The notes under the pieces were generated by a model, which was not told the origin of the DNA, did not search any database, and saw nothing but the letters and a program-made list of their open reading frames with translations. 64,000 nt of DNA from Patescibacteria group bacterium (lineage in GTDB: Bacteria; Patescibacteriota; Microgenomatia; UBA8517), in contig JBBTZT010000003.1 of assembly GCA_038061225.1 (NCBI GenBank), positions 184,515 through 248,514 of the forward strand, written 5' to 3'. Below are positions 58,914 to 64,000 of the stretch, one piece after another. Position 1 is the first letter of the stretch; every line of letters begins with the position of its first letter. Both the position numbers and the translations under genes were made by a program.

Positions 58914-60124
58914 ATTACAAAGCAAAAAAAGTGGCTATTATTGGTTATGGAATTGAGGGACAAGACGCTGAAAAGTTTTTAAAATCTAATAGTGCAAAAG
59001 TTACTATTCTAGATCAAAAAGATAACCTTAATTATTTAAATAATTTAGATAAATATGATTTAATTATGAGATCACCTGGGGTGTATCCCTACAAACCAGA
59101 ATTTAAAAATATAAAAGTTATAACACCAACTCAGGTATTTTTTGAGAAATTTAAAGGTAAAACAATTGGAGTTACTGGAACTAAGGGAAAGGGGACAACA
59201 TCAACCTTAATTTATAATATATTGAAATCTGCTGGGATGGATGTCTATTTAGCTGGAAATATTGGAAAACCTCTATTAGGATTATTACCTAAACTTACTC
59301 CAAAATCGTATGTGGTGATGGAAATGTCATCATTTCAATTAATTGATCTTGACACCTCTCCAAACATTTCTGTTGTTTTAAATATCACATCTGATCATAT
59401 GGATTGGCATAAAAATATCAAAGAATATATTGAAGCCAAGAAAAATATAGTTAAATTTCAAAAAACTTCTGATTGGGCAGTAATTAATAATGAATATAAA
59501 ATTCCAAAAAGTTTTGCAAAAGAAACAAAAGCAAATATTATTTTTTTTTCAAAGAAAAAACTTGATGAAAAATACAAACATGATTTAGTACTTAGAGGTA
59601 AACATAATTTAGAAAATATTGCTGCTGCTGTATCGGTTGCTAAAATTTTAAATATTAAAACAGAAATAATTAAAAAAAATGTAAAAGAATTCAAAGGGCT
59701 TGAACATCGATTAGAATTTGTTAGAGAATTTGCTGGAGTTAAATACTATAATGATTCATTCGCAACAGGACCTCAACCAACAATTGCTGCTATTAAATCA
59801 TTTACTGAGGATGAAACATTAATACTTGGTGGGAGTGACAAGGGGTTAGAATATGAAGAATTAGGAAAAGTGATAGATAAAATGAAAAATGTTAAAAATA
59901 TTATTTTGATAGGTCAAATCAGAAATCAAATTAAAAAACATATTAAAGCTAAAAAAATATTTGATTTAGAATTTTCAAATATGCAAGCAATAATTAATAA
60001 AGCATTTGATATAACCAAAAAAGATGGAGTTGTAATCCTTTCACCCGCTGCTGCAAGTTTTGATATGTTTAAAGATTATAAAGATAGGGGTAATCAATTT
60101 AAGGAGGTTGTGTGGAACCTTTGA
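58910..60124 (+). CDS. murD: UDP-N-acetylmuramoylalanine--D-glutamate ligase.
   Basis: KVAIIGYGIEGQD...GVTGTKGKGTTSTL. Confidence 0.85.
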   Translation: MNYKAKKVAIIGYGIEGQDAEKFLKSNSAKVTILDQKDNLNYLNNLDKYDLIMRSPGVYPYKPEFKNIKVITPTQVFFEKFKGKTIGVTGTKGKGTTSTLIYNILKSAGMDVYLAGNIGKPLLGLLPKLTPKSYVVMEMSSFQLIDLDTSPNISVVLNITSDHMDWHKNIKEYIEAKKNIVKFQKTSDWAVINNEYKIPKSFAKETKANIIFFSKKKLDEKYKHDLVLRGKHNLENIAAAVSVAKILNIKTEIIKKNVKEFKGLEHRLEFVREFAGVKYYNDSFATGPQPTIAAIKSFTEDETLILGGSDKGLEYEELGKVIDKMKNVKNIILIGQIRNQIKKHIKAKKIFDLEFSNMQAIINKAFDITKKDGVVILSPAAASFDMFKDYKDRGNQFKEVVWNL

Positions 60125-60876
60125 TAATTGGAATATTTGATTCAGGATTGGGTGGTTTAACTGTTGTTAAAGAAATTAAAAAACTTCTTCCTCATAGTTC
60201 AATCGTCTATTTGGGAGATACAGCAAGAGTGCCATATGGAACAAGAAGTCCTGAAACAATTAGAAAGTTTGCTAAAGAAGATGTGGAGTTTCTAAATAAT
60301 CAAAAAGTGGGTTTAATTATTGTTGCTTGTAATACTGTTTCATCGATAGCTTTAGATGTTGTTAAAAAAAACTCAAAAGTGCCTGTTTTTGGAGTTATAG
60401 AGCCTGCGATTGAAAAAGCTCTAAAAACATCTAAAAATAATAAAATTGGCCTAGTTGGTACGAGAGCCACTGTTAATAGTAATGCATATAAAAAAATTAT
60501 ACTTAAAAAACATGCTTCGATGCTTGTACCTTTAATTGAAGAAGGATTTATTAAAGGACCTGAAATAGAATTATTTATAGCAAAGTATTTTAATGAATTT
60601 ATTAACAATGTTGATACTTTAATTTTAGGTTGTACCCATTATCCTTTGATTAAAAATGAAATTCAAAAATTTATTGGATCATCTATAATTTTAATAGATC
60701 CAGCTGAAGAAATTGCAAAAGTTGTTTATAAATATATACAAAAAAAATCAATCTATTCTAAAAAACCAAGAAGTGATTTTTACTATTTAACGGATGTAAA
60801 TGAAAGATTTATGAACACAGCCAAAATGTTTTTGGGATATGATATAAGTGATAAAATTAAAAAAATAGAATTATAA
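60112..60876 (+). CDS. murI: Glutamate racemase.
   Basis: IGIFDSGLGGLTV, VACNTVSS, GCTHYPL. Confidence 0.85.
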   Translation: MEPLIIGIFDSGLGGLTVVKEIKKLLPHSSIVYLGDTARVPYGTRSPETIRKFAKEDVEFLNNQKVGLIIVACNTVSSIALDVVKKNSKVPVFGVIEPAIEKALKTSKNNKIGLVGTRATVNSNAYKKIILKKHASMLVPLIEEGFIKGPEIELFIAKYFNEFINNVDTLILGCTHYPLIKNEIQKFIGSSIILIDPAEEIAKVVYKYIQKKSIYSKKPRSDFYYLTDVNERFMNTAKMFLGYDISDKIKKIEL

Positions 60877-60916
60877 TTATTTAATTTATTTTCATTATCT
60901 ACTCCACAAAAGACAG

Positions 60917-61138
60917 TCAAGGTTTGAATAGTTTGATTTCTAATTCTTCTGCTATTTCTTTTAATTTAGTTAAGTTATGTCTTGATGATTCGTCAAGCTT
61001 TCCTACTAAATTGTCAAACTGCTTAAATTGTTCTTGGTTAGTAAACACAAAACCCAGTTTCCAGCCTTGTGGTCCATCTGGCTCTGTGATTATAGGCTTG
61101 ATTAAATTTTCTGCAACCGTCATGTAAATCACCTCCAC
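60917..61138 (-). CDS. Hypothetical small protein.
   Basis: 73-aa ORF between murI and ddl on the opposite strand; no motif recognised. Confidence 0.2.
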   Translation of the reverse strand: MEVIYMTVAENLIKPIITEPDGPQGWKLGFVFTNQEQFKQFDNLVGKLDESSRHNLTKLKEIAEELEIKLFKP

Positions 61139-61216
61139 CTTGTTTAAAACTGGCTTTAGTATATTACTTTTTACGATATTTACAACATAACTCGCAAAAA
61201 GTATTATAATAATAGT

Positions 61217-62398
61217 ATGACTAAGATTAAAATTGGAGTTTTATTTGGAGGAAGATCACCTGAGCATGAAATTTCAATAATTACGGGTATTCAGGTAATG
61301 GAAGTTCTTAATAAAGAAAAGTACGAAGTTATTCCAATTTATATTTCCAAAGAGGGTAGATGGATACAAGGAGATGAATCTTTTTTAAAGCCTTCGACTT
61401 TTGTAAATTTGGATACAGTTAAAAGTCAAAAGAAATCCTTAGTAATGTCTTCTGACCCTAACATAAAAGGTTTAATTTCTGAAAGTAGTGGGTTATCGCT
61501 TTCAAAATCTTTTTCTGCCCAAAATTTAGATGTAGTTTTCCCAGTATTTCATGGTAGATATGGTGAAGATGGATCAATTCAGGGATTGTTTGAAATATCT
61601 GGAATACCGTACGTTGGTTGTGATGTAGAAACGTCTGCAATCGGCATGGATAAAACGGTGAGTAAAAGAATAGCAAAAGCAATTGGAGTTCCAGTTCTGG
61701 AGGATATCTGGGTACTTTCTAGTCAATGGAAAAATGATAGGAAAAAAATATTATCTGAAATAAAAAATAAATTAAAATTTCCAGTATTTATTAAACCGTC
61801 ACGATTGGGATCTTCAATTGGGTTAAGCAAGGCCCATGATTTGAAAGAGATAGAGGAATCTTTAGACGTTGCTTTCTTTTATGATACAAAAGTTATGGTT
61901 GAAGAATCCATGGAAGACGCTCACGAAATTAATATTTCTATTTTAGGTAATAATCCATACGAAGTTTCAGCTTGCGAAATGCCTGTTTCATCAGGGGAAG
62001 TATTATCTTTTGAAGACAAATATACTTCCCAAAAAGGTCCATCGAAGGGGATGGCTTCCGCCAAAAGAATTATTCCAGCGCCTATTAAAGAAGTTACACG
62101 AAGAAAAATTGAAGAATATGCAAAAATGTTTTTTGCTGAAATTGGAGGACAAGGTATGGCTCGTATAGATTTCCTACTAAGTAAAGATGAGAGTCAAATA
62201 TATTTGAATGAAATAAATACGCTTCCCGGATCTGTAGCATTTTATTTGTGGAAGGAAGTAGGAGTTACTTTTGATGTGCTTGTAGATAAATTAGTAACTT
62301 TTGCACTGGAAAGAAGTGAAGAAAAAAATAACTTGGTAACAACTTTTAGTAGTAATATATTGTCAGGATTTAAAGGATTAAAAGGGATAAAGGGTTAG
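61217..62398 (+). CDS. ddl: D-alanine--D-alanine ligase.
   Basis: IGVLFGGRSPEHEISIITG...VFPVFHGRYGEDGSIQGLFEISGIPYVGCDV...ATP-grasp. Confidence 0.85.
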   Translation: MTKIKIGVLFGGRSPEHEISIITGIQVMEVLNKEKYEVIPIYISKEGRWIQGDESFLKPSTFVNLDTVKSQKKSLVMSSDPNIKGLISESSGLSLSKSFSAQNLDVVFPVFHGRYGEDGSIQGLFEISGIPYVGCDVETSAIGMDKTVSKRIAKAIGVPVLEDIWVLSSQWKNDRKKILSEIKNKLKFPVFIKPSRLGSSIGLSKAHDLKEIEESLDVAFFYDTKVMVEESMEDAHEINISILGNNPYEVSACEMPVSSGEVLSFEDKYTSQKGPSKGMASAKRIIPAPIKEVTRRKIEEYAKMFFAEIGGQGMARIDFLLSKDESQIYLNEINTLPGSVAFYLWKEVGVTFDVLVDKLVTFALERSEEKNNLVTTFSSNILSGFKGLKGIKG

Positions 62399-63750
62399 TT
62401 GTAGTTTTGGGTTACGTCGTTTTCTAAAAATATCCAATCAAATTCGGATTTTAGTCTTTCTATAGTTTCAAAATAATCTTTTCTCGAGTCCTTTATAAAT
62501 ATTGGCTTTGATCTAAAATCCTTACTAAATGCTATTGTTCTTGAGTTTTTACCTACTAATATTATTTTGTCAAAAACTATATCTGCCTTGATACCAACCT
62601 TATTATTTATAGACTCTTCATTTTTTCCAAGTTCGACTAGCCCGGGAGTAATAAGTAATTTTTTACCCTCAGTTTCTTCTGCAGTTTTAATCGTTTCATA
62701 GAATGATTGTTCGTTACTACTAAATGTATTATCAACCACCATTGAATTGCCGTTTTCTTTTAAAACAAATCTGCTTTGAACTGGTGCAAGGTTTTCAATT
62801 TTATTAATTAGATAATCTATATCGATACCAAGTTTTAACGCCATAGTGAGTGCCCCCATTATGTTATCTATGTTTGAATAACCAAAAAGCTTTGTCGATA
62901 CTTTATATTTTTTGTTTTTAAAAGTTATTTCAAATTCACTACCTGATTTCGAAAAAACTATGTTTTTTGCATTAACATACTCTGAAAAGTCATTAATATT
63001 TCTACTTTTAATTTCTTCCGAAATTTCTATACTGTTTGTATTAAATATAATGTTTTGTTTGTTATCTATCGCATCGTACAGCTCAAACTTTGTTTTTACA
63101 ATGTTTTGTAATGATCCAAAACGTTCTAAATGTTGAGTAGTTATGCCAGTTAAAATCCCATGTGTCGGATTTATAATCTTACAAAGATTTTTGATATCAC
63201 CTTTTTTGTATGCTGACATCTCACATATAAATACTTCGTAGCTTGAATCAAGCTCGAAATCTAATGTCTTTTTAATTCCTGAAATAGTATTGTAACTTTC
63301 AGGTGTTCTTAGGGTTTTGTATTTACTTTTAATTAACTGATAAAGTATTTCTTTGGTTGAAGTTTTACCATAGCTACCTGTAATGCCTACGATTTTTAAA
63401 TTCTTATTGCTCAATAATTTATTTTTAATAAAAGTTATTTCATAAATTCTAAATAATATATCAAGTGGTTTTAAAATAAGGGTAGCTAATATTATTATGA
63501 CAAATGATCCTAAATACATTATAGTAAATGCACTTACGATTAATAAAAAGTTATGAGTTGAGTTAAAAGTTTTAAATACAATTAACATTTCAATCAGTAT
63601 CGATACAAAAATAATTAGTTTTATTTTTATTGTGTATACTAGTTTTACTTTATTTTCGTTTTGAGTTGAAAATAAGTTTCTAATAAGCCATTTTATAAAA
63701 CGAAGTAAATCATATCCTTCAAGTTGTAATATTGTTAAGTATCTTTTCAT
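62395..63750 (-). CDS. murF: UDP-MurNAc-tripeptide--D-Ala-D-Ala ligase MurF, with an atypical hydrophobic N-terminus.
   Basis: IVGITGSYGKTSTKE, RTPESYNTISGI, LFGYSNIDNIMGALTMALKLG, VDNTFSSNEQS. The start is taken at ATG 63750, in an ATGA overlap with the stop of the upstream hydrolase. The first 120 aa or so are two TM-like segments rather than the canonical MurF N-domain. Confidence 0.75.
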   Translation of the reverse strand: MKRYLTILQLEGYDLLRFIKWLIRNLFSTQNENKVKLVYTIKIKLIIFVSILIEMLIVFKTFNSTHNFLLIVSAFTIMYLGSFVIIILATLILKPLDILFRIYEITFIKNKLLSNKNLKIVGITGSYGKTSTKEILYQLIKSKYKTLRTPESYNTISGIKKTLDFELDSSYEVFICEMSAYKKGDIKNLCKIINPTHGILTGITTQHLERFGSLQNIVKTKFELYDAIDNKQNIIFNTNSIEISEEIKSRNINDFSEYVNAKNIVFSKSGSEFEITFKNKKYKVSTKLFGYSNIDNIMGALTMALKLGIDIDYLINKIENLAPVQSRFVLKENGNSMVVDNTFSSNEQSFYETIKTAEETEGKKLLITPGLVELGKNEESINNKVGIKADIVFDKIILVGKNSRTIAFSKDFRSKPIFIKDSRKDYFETIERLKSEFDWIFLENDVTQNYN

Positions 63751-64000
63751 ATATATTCTAATAATAAATCTGAAAGTTTTTCTGGAGTTTCTATATTTGG
63801 AGAGTGTCCAACTTTCCAAATTATTCTTAAAACTGAATTTGAAATTAAATCTTTAAGAACTTTAGAATTTCTTATATTTATTTCCTTATCGTTTTCACCC
63901 CAGATAATTAATGTTGGTATATTAATTTTAATCGCGTCGTTTTCGACTCGCTCGTCAACAATTTTTTTAAATGTTTCTCTCAAAGCGCTGGCATGATAAT
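63747..64000 (-). CDS. Alpha/beta-hydrolase fold protein, C-terminal part; the N-terminus lies beyond the window.
   Basis: PTLIIWGENDK...WKVGHSPNIETPEKL is the typical C-terminal His region of alpha/beta hydrolases. Confidence 0.45.
   Translation of the reverse strand, partial: YHASALRETFKKIVDERVENDAIKINIPTLIIWGENDKEINIRNSKVLKDLISNSVLRIIWKVGHSPNIETPEKLSDLLLEYI

Overview
This is an AT-rich bacterial window of about 30% GC, densely coded, with short overlapping gene junctions and few Shine-Dalgarno sequences. That is compatible with a Patescibacteria/CPR-like or similar reduced genome, but the inference rests on composition and gene content only. No database search or RNA search was run; all assignments rest on motif recognition in the provided translations and the raw sequence.

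Positions 1-41900 form a very large cell-envelope glycan or glycosylation locus.
- At least nine GT4-type (GT-B fold) glycosyltransferases and three GT2-type ones.
- Four polytopic GT-C (ArnT/PMT-like) membrane proteins.
- Two giant membrane proteins of 1147 and 818 aa.
- A Wzx-like flippase, a Wzy/O-antigen-ligase-like protein, and an initiating phosphoglycosyl transferase.
- GDP-mannose pyrophosphorylase (ManC), three SDR sugar epimerases/dehydratases, four SAM methyltransferases, a hexapeptide acetyltransferase, a NUDIX hydrolase and an HD hydrolase.

Positions 41900-45240 carry recO, glyQS and a REP-associated tyrosine transposase-like gene flanked by 27-nt direct repeats.

Positions 45270-64000 form a rearranged division/cell-wall (dcw) and UDP-GlcNAc supply cluster.
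- A putative MraZ operator, then mraZ, rsmH, ftsL, ftsI, murA (Asp in place of the active-site Cys), a MurE fused to a GlmU-type uridyltransferase domain, and a YvcK/GlmR-family gene.
- A small compositionally distinct segment with an acyltransferase remnant.
- glmS preceded by a candidate glmS ribozyme, then nagB.
- A MurC-MurB fusion, murD, murI, ddl, and a MurF whose N-terminal domain is replaced by hydrophobic segments.

No rRNA, tRNA or CRISPR array was seen.
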